From positions 496,001 through 560,000 of the forward strand of contig OZ176058.1 of NCBI GenBank assembly GCA_964247055.1: a stretch of DNA of 64,000 nt, written 5' to 3'. The stretch is from Paragordius varius (lineage: Eukaryota; Animalia; Nematomorpha). Shown one piece after another: positions 1-13,436 of this stretch; the stretch's first letter is position 1; every line of letters starts with the position of its first letter. Under the pieces are notes generated by a model. That model worked only from the letters and a program-made list of their open reading frames with translations, was not told the DNA's origin and did not search any database. The position numbers were made by a program, and so were the translations under genes.

Positions 1-902
1 CATAGAATTAACTCATTTTATCAAGCCCTTTTTCCAATTTTGAATAGTTTTAATATATAATCTTTAACAACATATTTATTTTGAATGTTTTGTGGACGAT
101 TAAGTAAATAACTTGCCGTTTAAAAAGTTGTGTTTTTGGGTAAAATTTAATTTCAATGAATAACTTATGTTATCACAGTTCTTTAATATCTAGAGTCCAA
201 AATTGGGAAGCATACTCAATTACAAACAGTTGATCTTAAAATCCTTTAAAATAAAATCTGTTGTTAAAATATTATCCTAAACTTTTTTAACTACATATGT
301 GCTTAAAAGCCTAAGATTACATATTTTTGAAATCTCCTAGTAAAAAATTTATACGGACAAAATGTAAAAAGATAAAGACAAATTTTTTTCCAAAAGACAA
401 CCATACTTATTTAAACCTTAATAATTTTAATGATAACTTATTGTTTTGATTTTTCAAAATTTAAAATAAGTATATATTGGTAACACAGTCAATTATACCT
501 ATTTGTTGTTAAATGCCTTTAATAGAATAAATTAAGGTTTAAAAAAGTTCGGTCGTCTTTTGAAAAAAATTTGTCTTTAAATTTTAACATTTTGTCCGTA
601 TACAGAAGGTAAAATGGCCATTGCGCCTTAAAATACCCCAAAAGATAAAGTAAATATTTTTCCGCAAATGGGAAATGAAACACTTTTACAAACTTATAAA
701 AAATTGATTGTCTAATGCTACCTTTTTTTAAAAATAATTAAGGTAAGTTAATATATGTATTTCGAAACATTTCAGATCTATGAAATATTTTATATATAAT
801 TTTCTTAAGTTTTTTTATTTTATACTATTTTAATTCCATAAAATATAAATATATATATATTTCAAAAAATTTTACAGGTAAAGAGCAATTAACAAGCAAA
901 AA

Positions 903-977
903 ATGACAATTTTGAAGTCTTGTTGCCTGTGTTTTTCCCTTCGACAGGGAAGCATGATATCTGGAATCATAACTTTG
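903..977 (+). CDS. LAPTM-like gene coding exon 1
   Basis: ATG at 903; donor TTG|gtaaag; acceptor tttacag| at 877 upstream. Confidence 0.85.
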
Positions 978-3900
978 GTAAAGATTATGAAAAAATTTTA
1001 TAAAAATTAAATATTTTTATTTTCATTTTTTACAGTAAAAATTGAAATTATGTAAATTATAAGGACAAACATATTTTTCTAAGTGATAACCATTTGTCTA
1101 ATCATTTTTAGATATAACTGATTATTTTAAAATGCAAAGTAGGATAATAGTAATATATATTGATAACACAATCAATTATATAATTTGCATGAATCAACTA
1201 ATAAAGTTATTAAAATAATCATGATATAAATAGTATGGGGTTGTTTTTTCGAAAAAAAACGTTTGTCTTTATAGTTTTACGTATTGTCCATATTATAATT
1301 TCAATTTTTACTGTAAGATATATTACGAATTTTTACTAGTTAAGTTGTAGAAATTTGAAAATATTTATTCAGAATTGTCTAAAAAACCAATTTAAATTTC
1401 ATTTAAAATTCAAAAATATATATACTTTTTAAAATTTTGAAAAGCAGTCTGTATTTTATAATAGGTTTTAAAAATTATTACCTATAACATAATTATTATA
1501 CAATAATTATAAAGTTATATATATATAATTTATATATTTATCTGAAAATGAAAAAATTTTTTTTTAAGTTTTGAAAAAAAAACGTATTTTTAGCTTTTTA
1601 TAGCTTTACACCTGTATAAATATTGGAAACATCTTTATAACCTTATTTTTGCACCTGTTGAGTTTTTCAATAAAAATTTTATTTCAAAAATCAATAATAT
1701 ATGGATAAAAAAATAATTTTTAATTAATATGTAAAAATATGGGTAGATTTAAGAATAAGTCTTAAATTTCAAGAAATTTCAAGATACAGTAAAATTTGAA
1801 GTTATACGGACACAATGTGAAATTATAAAGACAAACATTTTTTTCAAAAGACAACCTATACTTTTTAAACCTTAGTATATCCTATAAAAAACATTTAATT
1901 AAAATCGTAAAATATATAATTGATTGTGTTACCAATTACAATTCTATATTATATTTTGCAGTTTTAAACAACGATTTATATTAAAAAAATTCAAGATTGA
2001 AAAAATATGGTGTCTGTTAAATAAAGATATTTATATATAAATTTTTACGTTTTGTCCGTATATTTCAATTTTTACTGTATTAATGAATATAATATGACTT
2101 ACACAAACTACAGTATAAATTTAAATTATACAGACAAAACGTAGAAAAATATACAATTTTTTTCCTTTTTTAATTATTAAAGGGTAAGGACTAACAGTAA
2201 AAATTGAAATTATATAGCCAATACATAAAAATATTAAGACAAATATTTTTTTCTAAAAAACAACCATATTTTTTCAATCTCTATATCGCCTTTTGCCATT
2301 GAAAACAATGAGTTATATTGATATCTAGATTTAAAATTTATGGTTGTCTTTTAGAAAAAAATATTTGTCCGTATAATTTCAGCTTTTACTGTAATTACAG
2401 GGAAAAAATAGGTTTTAAAATATATGGTTGTCTTCTTTCGAAAAAATATTTGTCACGTTTTTCCTCTAAAATAAAGTTTTAGATAATTTTTACGATATAA
2501 ATTGTTGTCCAAATTAAATTATTGCATAAATTAATTCCAAAAATATGAAATAAATTGTATATTCTTTAATATTTGTATTACAATATTAGAGCAAATTATT
2601 TAACATTTTACAGTAAAAACTGAAATTATACGTGAGGATAAAACGTAAAAATATAAGACAAATATTTTTTTTTCAAAAGACACCCATACTTTTTAAATGT
2701 GGATTTTTTAAACTGTATCTAGTTGTTTTAAACTGCAAAGTATAAAATAGACATAATAATTAATAACGCAATTATATTTTTTACAATTGCAATTTTATAA
2801 TTAGATAAGGGTATATTAAGGTTTATAATAGAATGTTGGTCTTTTAGAAAAAAATTTGTGTTTATATTTTAACGTTTTGTCCGTATAATTTCAATTTTTA
2901 CTGTAAATTCTTGCTTAAAAACACATTTCCAAATATTAATATTTATTTTTAAATTTTGATATATGACATTAATTTTTGGTTATATTTATATATATATTTA
3001 ATTCAAATTTTATGATTTCAAATTTGATTGTATTTTTTATTTTTTAAAATAATTTATTTTTTAAATAAATTTCAAATTTATTTTATTACATTTTAGATAT
3101 ATTTTTTGCTTCAAGTCCGTATAATTTCAATTTTTACTGTCTTACAAAATTCAAATTTTATAAATTTAGAAACTTTCAAAATTTAATATTTTTTAAAATA
3201 TTTTCAAGTAAATTTCAAATTTACTTTACATGTTAATATATGACAATTTCGTTATATATATATATATTATAATTTTAAAAATCTATATTTTTTAATTAAT
3301 TGTTAATTTTTTATTAAATTTCATATTTATATATATATATATATATATATTACAAAAATTCAAATTTTAAAATTTTATAAATTTAATTTAAATTTTAAAA
3401 TTTTTCATATATTTTTTAAATTAATTTTATTTAATTTTTTATTATATTTTAGATATATTTTTTGCTCCAAGCCATTTCCCGCATATATTATTTGACTGCG
3501 TGGAATAAAAAGAATATTGATTATTTGAGGTCGGGCGTTACCCCTGAACGTATTAGAGGTAGGTTTATTTTAAATTTAATTAATTTTTTAGAATTAATTT
3601 TTAAAAAAATTAAATAAAATTATATTAAATTCTTAGAAATATTTTTAATTATTTAAGTTATTTTTGAAATTTTTTTAGAATTTTAAATTAAAATTTTATA
3701 TAAATGATAATAATTCAATAAATAATAATAAAATATTTAATTTTTTGGAATCTTAAATAAAAATTTCAAAAATTTTAAAAAATAAAATTAATTTAATAAA
3801 ATTATATTAAAATTTTAAGTTATTTTAAAAGGCTTCTAATTTTTACAAAATAAAAAATGAATATATTAAATAATTAAAATATTGATTATTTGAGGTCGGG

Positions 3901-6900
3901 CGTTACACCTGAACGTATTAGAGGTTTATTTATTTTAAATTGATTTTATTTTATAATTTTAATTAAAAAAATAAGATTTAAATTAAAAATAATTTAAAAT
4001 AAAATAAAATTGATTTCTTAAAAATATTTTCAAATATTTATTTTATTTTAAATAAATTTGAATTTATTTTTTAATAATTATTTATTTAAAATTATAAATA
4101 ACAGAAATATATTAAATTCTTATAAATATTTTTAAATATTTAAGTAATTTTTAAAAAATCTTTTAGAATTTATTTTTTATTAAAAAGAATATTGATTATT
4201 TGAGGTCGGGCGTTACCCCTGAACGTATAAGAGGTAGGTTTATTTTATTTTAAATTATTTTTTTTTAAAAAATTTATTTTTTTATAAAAAACATTAATAA
4301 ATTCAAAATAATTTAATATAATAATTATTAATTTTTTAAAAATATTTATAAATATAAATGAAAATATTATAATATATTATTATTAAGTTTTATTTTCAAT
4401 AAAAAAAATAATTTAAATTCACGAAAAATATTTTTAAATTTTAAATAAAAAAAATTAAATAAATTTAAAATTAAATTATATTCTAATTAAAAATATTTTT
4501 AAAACGCTTTTAATTTTTACAAATTAAAAATGAAATTATTAAAATAAAAGAATATTGATTATTTGAGGTCGGGCGTTACACCTGAACGTATTCGAGGTAA
4601 ATTATTTTATTTTAAATTAATTTTTATTTTAATATTTAAAAAAAAATAAAATAAAATTATTAAAATTCTTAAAAATATTTTTAAATAATTATTTTATTTT
4701 AAATTAATATTTTAGAATTAATTTTAAGTAAAAATTTTAAATAAATATAAATTTAAAATGATCAAATATAATAATAATTAAATTTTATGCTATTTTAAAA
4801 GGCTTTTAAATTAATTTTTAAAAATTTTAAATAAAAATTTAAATATAAATGAAAATAATTTAATATAATTAATTTTTTAGAATTAATTTTTTTAAAAAAA
4901 TAAATTAATTAAAAATTAAAAATAATAAATTATATTAAATTCTTTAAAATATTTTTTAATGTTAAATAATATAATTTAAATAAATTTAAAATATAATAAA
5001 ATTTTATTAAAATTTAAGTTATTTTAAAACGCTTTTAAATTAATTTTATATTTTATTATAAAAATTTTAATATAAATGAAAATTTTTAAATAAAATTTAA
5101 TTAAAAACGTTTTAATTTTTTACAGAGATAAAATGAAGTTATAATAAAGTAATTAATATATTTTCTTAATCTAAAAACATTTAGATATAATTTACAATTC
5201 AAATCACCCTAGAACAATTCAAATTCACCCTAAATAAATTATTTTTTTTAATAATTAAAATTACCTTTTTTTATGTATATAAAAATTGAAATTTTCTATA
5301 AATTCAAATAATACTGAAAAAATAACTAAGTTATAAAGATATATTTATATTTATTATATTTTATATTAACTCGAAAACACATAATTTGTTTTTAGGGTGA
5401 ATTTGAGTTGTTCAAGTGTTAATTTTATTGTTGATATAGTTAACTTATATATTTATACACAAATAATTTTTATACATAAATTAACCAATTAAGTAAAATT
5501 TCAAACAATAAATATATAATATTATAAAATTTTCGCTTTTCCAATTATTCATATTTTATGTTAAAAAGATCAATTTCAAGCTCACAATTTTTTAAAAACC
5601 ATAAACTGATCGTGCCTAATAGATATATATATATATATTTAACCCTAAACTAAGTTATAAGATTATTATAACATAAAAATAAATTTATTTTATAACTTTG
5701 CGAAATATATAAAGTAAAAATTAAAATAATACAGACATAACGTAAAAATATAAAGACAAATATTTTATTCTAAAAGACAACCATACCTAAACCTATATTT
5801 AACATACTAAAATCATTTAGAAACAATCTTCAATTAATAAACATTTCTTTATATATACTTTGCATTTTGAAACATTGAATATTATTAAAATCAATCGGGA
5901 TTAAAAAACAATCATTGTCTTTTAAAAATATATTTTTACGTTTTTTACGTATAATTTCAATTTTTACTCTATTTTTGACATTTTACAGTAAAAACTGAAA
6001 TTATACAAACAAAATTTTTTTTCTAAAAGACAACCATACTTTTAAATCTTGAATTATTTTAATATAACCCATTGTTTTTAATGGCGAAGTCTTAAACAGA
6101 AGAGATATATATTATAACACAATCAATTTTTTTTATTTTACAATTGAAACTAAATAGCATATATAGGAAAAATTAAGGTTTATAAAAGTATGGTTGTCTC
6201 AGATAAAAATATTTGTTTTTATATTATTACGTTTTGTCCGTAATTTTAATTTTTACTGTAATTTATAAAAAAATATTTTTTACTTATAAAATTTTTTAGG
6301 TTTCAATGTTGGATGGGGCTTGGAACTTTTATTTGCTATCTTTGTTGTGATTTCGTCCGTTTTTTTGATTATGGGAATTAGAAGGGTATTTTTTATAAAT
6401 ATAATTTTTGAAAATATTCTGTTTGCCTTAAAAAATTATTTTCATTTCTTCATTTCAAAATATTATTAAATTATTAAAAAATAAATAAAATACACTAAAA
6501 ACTGAAATTAAACTATGGAAAAAACGTATAAATATATAAATATAATTTTTGATAATACTATGTTATCCTAAAAAATTATTTTATTTTATTTTTTTTATCA
6601 AATATTTTTTTATGAAACTACTCTTAATTATAAAAATGAAATTATACTGACAAAACGTAAATATAATATAATTTTTGAAAATATTCTGTTAGCCTTAGAA
6701 AATTATTTTCATTTCTTTTTTTATCAAATATTTTTATATGAAACTACTTTTAATTAAATAATACAGTAAAAACTGAAATTAAACTATGGAAAAAACGTAT
6801 AAATATATTAATATAATTTTTGAAAATATTCTGTTAGCCTTAAAAAATTATTTTTATTTCTTCATTTCAAAATATTATGAAATTATTAAAAAAGCAAATA

Positions 6901-9900
6901 AAATACAGTAGTAAATACTGAAATTATACCATGGACAAAACGTATATATATATATATAAATATAATTTTTGAAAATATTATGTTAGCCTTAAAAAATTAT
7001 TTTCATTTCTATATTTCAAAATATTATGAAATTATTAAAAAATTAATAAAATACAGTAAAAACTGAAATTAAACTATGGAAAATACGTATAAATATATAA
7101 ATATATTTGAAAATATTACTCTGTTATCCTAAAAAATTATTTTTATTTCTTTTTTTATCAAATATTTTTTTCTATGAAAACAATTATTAAATAAATAAAA
7201 TACAGTAAAAACTGAAATTAAACTATGGACAAAACAAAAATATATAAATATATTTGAAAATATTTTTCTGTTATCCTAAAAAATTATTTTTTATTTCTTT
7301 TATTATCAAATATTTTTTATATAAATTTATTAAAAAATAAATAAAATACAATAAAAACTGTAATTACGTAAATAGAATACAATCATCATACTTTAAAAAT
7401 TAAAATTTTTCTCATATAATTAATTTATTTACAATTATAATATATATACTAATATAGATCACTCTATTTTATACTTTGTTGTTTAAACAATGAGTTATAT
7501 AAAAAAATTAAGATTCAAAAAGTATGGTTGTCTTTTAGAAAAAAAATTTTTGTCTTTATCTTTTTACGTTTTGTCCGTATAATTTGGAAAATACTCTGTC
7601 CAAAAAATTATTCTTTATTTTATTTTTTTTATAATATTTTTTCCATAAACAATTATAAAATTTGAAGACAAAACTTACAAAATAAAATATATATAGTTTT
7701 ATTTTTTAATCCATGGAAAATATTTTTTGATTTTTGATTTTTTTTAAATCTCATTATACGACTTAAAAATTTTAGGTTTAAGACATTTGTGTAGAACACA
7801 CGACTCGCCAAGATATACCATTTAATGTTCAAATTCACTCTTGAACAATTCAAATTACCCTAAAACAAATTAAAATTCACCCTTGAACAATTCAAATTCA
7901 CACCCTAAAATAAATTATGTTTTTTTAAGATTAAAATTACCCTCATTTTTATAATATTTTTAAAATATGAAATTTAGTTTAAAATTAATATATGCTGAAA
8001 AAATCATAACTATGTCGTAACATATTTCATATTAATGATGAATTGTATATTAACTGCCCGAAAACACATAATTTATTATTAGGGTGAATTTAAATTGTTG
8101 AAGGTGATGAATTTGAATAGTAAATGGTATATTTTGTACTAACGTAAAAATTTGGAAATTTAACATATAAATCCGGATAACCTTATTCGAATATGCTTTT
8201 TTTCAAAATTTTATTCTTTTTTTATATAAACCAATTTTGAACAAATAATAAAAATATACTGTTTGTAAACTTCTTAATCTCTTTTCTTTAATACAGTAAA
8301 AACTGAAATTATACGGACAAAATGTAAAAATATAAAGATAATTTTTTTTCAAAAGACAACCATATTTTTTAAACCTTTCATCAAAGTATAAAATAGTTAT
8401 AAATTGCTAACGCCATAAATTATGTATTTTACGATTGTAATTAAATGATTTTTAAAGTCGAATCTTAAAAAGTATGGATGTCTCTTGAAAAAAAAATTGT
8501 CTTTATATTTTTACATTTTGTGCGTATAAATTTATTTTTAATCATAATATATAAATCCGGATAACCTCATTCGCAAAATATGCTTTTTTTCAAAAATTTT
8601 CATCGTTTTTTTATATAACCAAATTTTGGCATCAAATTTGAGAAAATTGGTGAGGGCTAATAATAAATATTTTGTTAACCTCTTAACTGTCCTACTTTTT
8701 GTTGAAAATTTAATAGGTTATCAGTGCCCATATATAACATTTATTAGTTCGAATTCGCCCTCAAACTCTTCAAATTCCCTCTTGAAACCCCTAAAAAAAT
8801 TATGTGTTTTCGAACTATTATAATTTATTATTAATATGAAATATATCTTGACTTAATATTTTTTCATTATTATTTTAATTTAAAACAAAAATTTTTTAAT
8901 AGGTAATTTTTAGTCTTAATAAATATATAATTTATTTGAGGGTGAGAATTATTTGAGGGTGAATTTGAATTGTTCAAGGGTAAATTTTAAATGTTTAAGG
9001 GTGAATAGATTTGTTCAAGGGTGAATTTGGAATGTTCAAGAATGAATTTGAATTGTAAATGGTATATTTTATGTGGATCGCCCGATCTTTTGAATTAGTA
9101 AAAATGCTGCAGGCGAAGTCATGTTGGGCCCCGCTGGTGTTATATATACCAAAATTTTTATTTCGTAACTCAAAATGATAGGTAAAAAGTTTTAAATGTT
9201 TTTAACCTAAAGATTAGTATTTTAAGGTGTAAGTTGTTAATTTTGATAATTTTATTAATGAAAAATTTCTGTTTACTTTCGTATTAGTTTTTAATGATTT
9301 TAGCATTTTTTTGCGCTCTAGTTTCAACGATTTTTTATATTTCATAATAAAATTTAATTAGATATGTTTTTTTTCTCTTCATTAATCATGTTTTATTGTC
9401 AATATTTAATTGTTTTAAATAATTTTTCACATGCCTATTTATCAATTTGCAAAAAATATATTATACCATTTACTTAAATTTACGCTTGAACAATTCAAAT
9501 TCACCCTCGAACAACTCATATTCACCCTCTAAAATAAATTATGTGTTTATTAAAATTAAATATTACCTATATTTTTCTATATTTTTTTAAAAAAAATTGT
9601 TTAAAATTTATATAATACTGAACAAATAATATACTATGCTATAAAAGAATATATTTTATATTAATGATGGCTTATATTAGACCGAAAACACATAATTTAT
9701 TTTTAGGGTGAATTTGAACTGTTCAAGGGTGAATATGAATTGTAAATGGTATATTAAAATTCAAATAAAAATTCTAAAACTCAACAAAATATTTTTTGGA
9801 GATAATTTTTTATTATACCATTTAGAGTTCAAATTCACCCTTGAACAATTCTAACTCACCCTTGAACAATTCAAATTCACCCTAAAAATAAATTATCTGT

Positions 9901-12081
9901 TTTTGAACTAATATAATTCATTATTAATATGAAATATATGTTTATGGTATAGTTCATTATTTTTTCAGTATTATTTTAATTTAAAACAAAATTTTTATTT
10001 TTAAAAAAAATATATAAAATATAGGTATTTTTTATCTCAAAAAACATATATTTTATTTGAGGGTGAATTTGAATTGTTCGAGGGTGAATTTGTATTGTTC
10101 GAGGGTGAATTTGAATTGTTTAAGGGTGAAATTGAATTGTAAATGGTATCAAATAATTTTGGTTAACAAAAAAATATTGAAAAAAATAAAAAAATATGTT
10201 TTTTTAGAATAATAGATCGTATTTCATTCCCTGGATGGTTAGTTTATTGATTATGATAATTATCGTTTTGTGCTCTTCGATTGCTACTTTGGCTTTGGGG
10301 GTAAAATATTTTATATTTTTAAAAATTAATAATTTTTTTAATCAAAAAACATTGATTTTTATCAAAAAAATAAATTTTTAATAAAAAAATTAATTTTTAA
10401 TAAAAAAATTTATTATTTTAATAAAAAATATTAATTTTTTAATAAAAGTAATAAAAGAATATATCTTTAAATAAAAAATATAAAATTTTATTGCTAATAT
10501 GGACTTAGTTTTTTTTCTAAATATATTACTTAGTTTTTTTCTATAAATATATTACAGTAAAAATTAAAATTATACTATGGACCAAACGTAAAAATATAAG
10601 ACAATTTTTCTAAAAGATATTCATTCATAGTTTTTAAAACCATATTTTATTAAAAAAACAAATTTTTTGTAAAAAAGAATATACTGTAAAAATTGAAATT
10701 GTACTATGGACAAAACGTAAAAATATAAAGACAAATGTTTTTATTTATAAGACAACCAACCGTACTTTTCAAACGTTAAGTATTCTCACATTAGCTATCT
10801 AGTACAATTATAAAATAAATTGCGTATATATCTTTGAAAAATCAATATTTAAATAAATATAGATTTAAAGAGTATGGTTGGTTGTCTTTAGAAGAAATTA
10901 TTTGTCTATGTAATTACGTATTGTTTTTATATAAATAATAATTTTTTAATTAATGAATAAATTTTTTTACCAAAAAATAATTTTTAAATAAATTTTACAT
11001 AGGAATTTTGCTAAAATGGAATTAGTTTTTTTTTATAAATATATTATTACGCCAAACTTATAAATAAAAAGAAACCCTTGAACAATTAAAATTCACCCTA
11101 AAAACAAATTATGTCTTTTTGGAATGTAACTACCCTTTAATGAATATATCTTTATGGCATAGCTTAATTTTTCAGTTTTTTTTAAAAAAATATATAAAAT
11201 TAGGTAATTTTTAATTTAACATATATTTTGTTTAAGGGTGAATTTAATTGTACCATTTACATATAAATTCACCCTTAAACCATTTAAATTCACCATTAAA
11301 TTATGTCTTTACGGGTTAATGTAACTCCTGATTAATTAATATATCTTTATGGCATTTTTCAGTATTAATTTTAATTTACACAAAAATTTTCTTTAAAAAT
11401 AAAACAATATAAGTAAATTTTAATCTCAAAAACACAAATTTATTTTAGGGTGAATTTGAATTATTCGAGGGTTAACTTAAAGTGTAAATGGTATAATAAT
11501 AATAAAAATTAGTAAAAAAAAATTTAAAATCTCTAAAAACAAAAATATTGTGTAATGTTATGTAAACTAAAATATTTTATTAATCCCCTCTAAAACCTTT
11601 TAAGGATTATTAAAGCAAATATTTAAAAAATCATTTTTAGAGGTGAATTTATATTGTTCAAGGGTTTTGAATTGTTCGAGGGTGAATTTGAATTGTTCAA
11701 TTAGATTTTAATAAAAAGTAATGATTTTTTCTAAAATCTATAAAAACAATTATTTTTTGTATTGTTATTACTAAATTTTTAAACTTTTTAATTAAATTTA
11801 AAACAAATATTTTATCAATATTTTAATCATATTAATCTAAATATTTTAATATAATTTATTTAATTTTAATTTTTTATTATTTTAATTAATTTTAATTTTT
11901 TAATAATTTTTTTATTAATTTAAACAAATTTTTTTTATAAATTATTTTTATTTTTTTATAAATTTAGCACGGGGTAGTAAGTTTCTTAGCAAGTGCAATA
12001 GTTAATATTGTGGTCGCCCTTTTCCTCATATACTGTTTGTTGTGTGTTGTTTCTTATTACCAAGAGCTAGGGGGCGCATAA
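903..12081 (+). CDS. Four-transmembrane protein, LAPTM/DUF4728-like, 157 aa, 5 coding exons
   Basis: Exons 903-977, 3453-3558, 6300-6385, 10208-10300 and 11968-12081 all have GT-AG ends and compatible phases (0,1,0,0). Translation: MTILKSCCLCFSLRQGSMISGIITL-IYFLLQAISRIYYLTAWNKKNIDYLRSGVTPERIRG-FNVGWGLELLFAIFVVISSVFLIMGIRR-NNRSYFIPWMVSLLIMIIIVLCSSIATLALG-HGVVSFLASAIVNIVVALFLIYCLLCVVSYYQELGGA*. The N-terminal CCxCFSLRxG, the GxxR..R..(F)IPW and the C-terminal YxxLCVxSYYQEL match the invertebrate LAPTM-like/DUF4728 pattern (recalled, not searched). Probable 5'UTR intron 743-877. Confidence 0.85.
1033..1313. mobile_element. MITE A copy
   Basis: ta|CAGTAAAAATTG...TTTTTACTG|ta. Confidence 0.8.
1787..2077. 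mobile_element. MITE A copy
   Basis: Both TIRs, TA flanks. Confidence 0.8.
2611..2903. mobile_element. MITE A copy
   Basis: Both TIRs, TA flanks. Confidence 0.8.
3453..3558 (+). CDS. LAPTM-like gene coding exon 2
   Basis: tttag|ATATAT...AGAG|gtaggt; 106 nt, phase 0 to 1. Confidence 0.85.
5986..6258. mobile_element. MITE A copy, 41 nt upstream of exon 3
   Basis: Both TIRs, TA flanks. Confidence 0.8.
6300..6385 (+). CDS. LAPTM-like gene coding exon 3
   Basis: ttttag|GTTTCAAT...AGAAGG|gtattt; hydrophobic TM segment. Confidence 0.85.
6400..7340. repeat. Tandem array (~140-150 bp unit, about 6 copies) containing the MITE A left terminus
   Basis: Repeated AAATACAGTAAAAACTGAAATTAAACTATGG...TTTGAAAATATTCTGTTAGCCTTAAAAAATTATTTT. 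Confidence 0.75.
7818..8127. mobile_element. Foldback MITE family B copy
   Basis: tata|CCATTT...AAATGG|tata with subterminal 21-bp repeat AACAATTCAAATTCACCCTTG. Confidence 0.8.
9466..9749. mobile_element. Foldback MITE family B copy
   Basis: tata|CCATTTAC...GTAAATGG|tata. Confidence 0.8.
9818..10146. mobile_element. Foldback MITE family B copy
   Basis: Both ends present; extra 21-mers on the right arm. Confidence 0.8.
10208..10300 (+). CDS. LAPTM-like gene coding exon 4
   Basis: tttag|AATAATAGA...TTGGGG|gtaaaa; NNRSYFIPW plus TM segment. Confidence 0.85.
11968..12081 (+). CDS. LAPTM-like gene terminal coding exon
   Basis: tttag|CACGGG...GCATAA; ends CVVSYYQELGGA*. Confidence 0.85.
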   Translation, partial: HGVVSFLASAIVNIVVALFLIYCLLCVVSYYQELGGA

Positions 12082-12789
12082 ATCCGTGTGCACGTGACTC
12101 GAAAAAGTAAAAAAATATATTATTTGAAATTTATTGATTTTTTTTGGTTTTTATAAAATTTTTAGGAATTAATTGAATATATTTTTTATTATATTGATAT
12201 TTTTAATATTTATATAAATATATATAAATTAAAATATTATTAATATGACTCTCGTTTTTAAAAAAAATGTTAAATTTAAACAAGTATATATATCTATATA
12301 AATTAAAAAACTATATGTTATGTATAGATAAATTTAAAAATTTATAATAACCTCTAAAACTATTAAATATATTGTTTTCTATAAATTAAATAAAATATTT
12401 ATTTATAGAAAACATTCAAAACGTTGAAAAACTTTTGCTTTTAATATAAGTTTATATTATATTATATTTTTTTTATTAATTAATAATTGATCCAGTAAAA
12501 ACCGAAATTTCTAATATAATTGATAATTAAATAACTAGCTGTTTTTTAATTTAGAACTTAGGATTATATTATTCCTATGTATAAATTTATAAAATATTTT
12601 TTTGCCAATATTTTAGCAAAGAAAAGCGCAAAGATACATAAACATAACTACATTTGGAACCAATTAACTCAAATACCTTATAACTTTTTTTTTCAAAAAA
12701 TTTTTTTTTTAAACATTTATATTTTTTGAATTTTTCATATATATATAACATTTATTTGAATTTTTGTTCAAACATTTATAATTTTTTGT

Positions 12790-12829
<40 letters not shown>

Positions 12830-13091
12830 CAAAATATTAATATATAAATTACATACAGTATGAGTAATTTTTATATATATATATCTATATATAGAAAATT
12901 ATTAATTATTATTGCCAATTAGTATATTCAGAAAGAGAATTATTATTGGCTAATATAATAGTAAAAAGTGAAAAAAATAACTATAAGCCAATAATACTGC
13001 CCCCTTTGTGGTATATGTATGCTATTTGAGGCAATAATTAATAATTTTCTAGCAATATATACTTATTTATTTTATATCATAAATTTATATA

Positions 13092-13350
13092 CAGTAAAAA
13101 TTGAAATTATACGGACAAAATGTAAAAATATAAATACAATCTTTTTTGAAAAACAACCACACATTTTTAAACCTTAATTTATCCTATAAAAAACTTTAAG
13201 TTACAATTGAATACATATTTGATTGTGTTACCAATTTATTTAAAACAATGAGTTATATTAGAAATTATCAGATTAAAAAATTAGGTTTTTCTGAAAAAAA
13301 AATTGTATGTATATTTTCAAGTTTTGTCCGTATACTTTCAATTTTTACTG
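13092..13350. mobile_element. MITE A copy
   Basis: Both TIRs, TA flanks. Confidence 0.8.
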
Positions 13351-13405
13351 TAACAATATCAAAATGCAAAATTATTTAAAAAGCGCAAATAAATTATGCA
13401 ATATA

Positions 13406-13436
<31 letters not shown>

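Noticed and set aside
3510-4600. CRISPR-like array of ~46-bp direct repeats
   Set aside because: Spacers are 260-320 bp and related to each other, the repeat is the 3' half of a spliced exon, the context is eukaryotic, and there are no cas genes.
9070-9140. GC-rich island ending GGCGAAGTCATGTTGGGCCCCGCTGG|T as a Helitron 3' end
   Set aside because: It resembles the GGCGAAG...CTRR pattern, but the hairpin is weak, it is single-copy here, and I found no 5' end.
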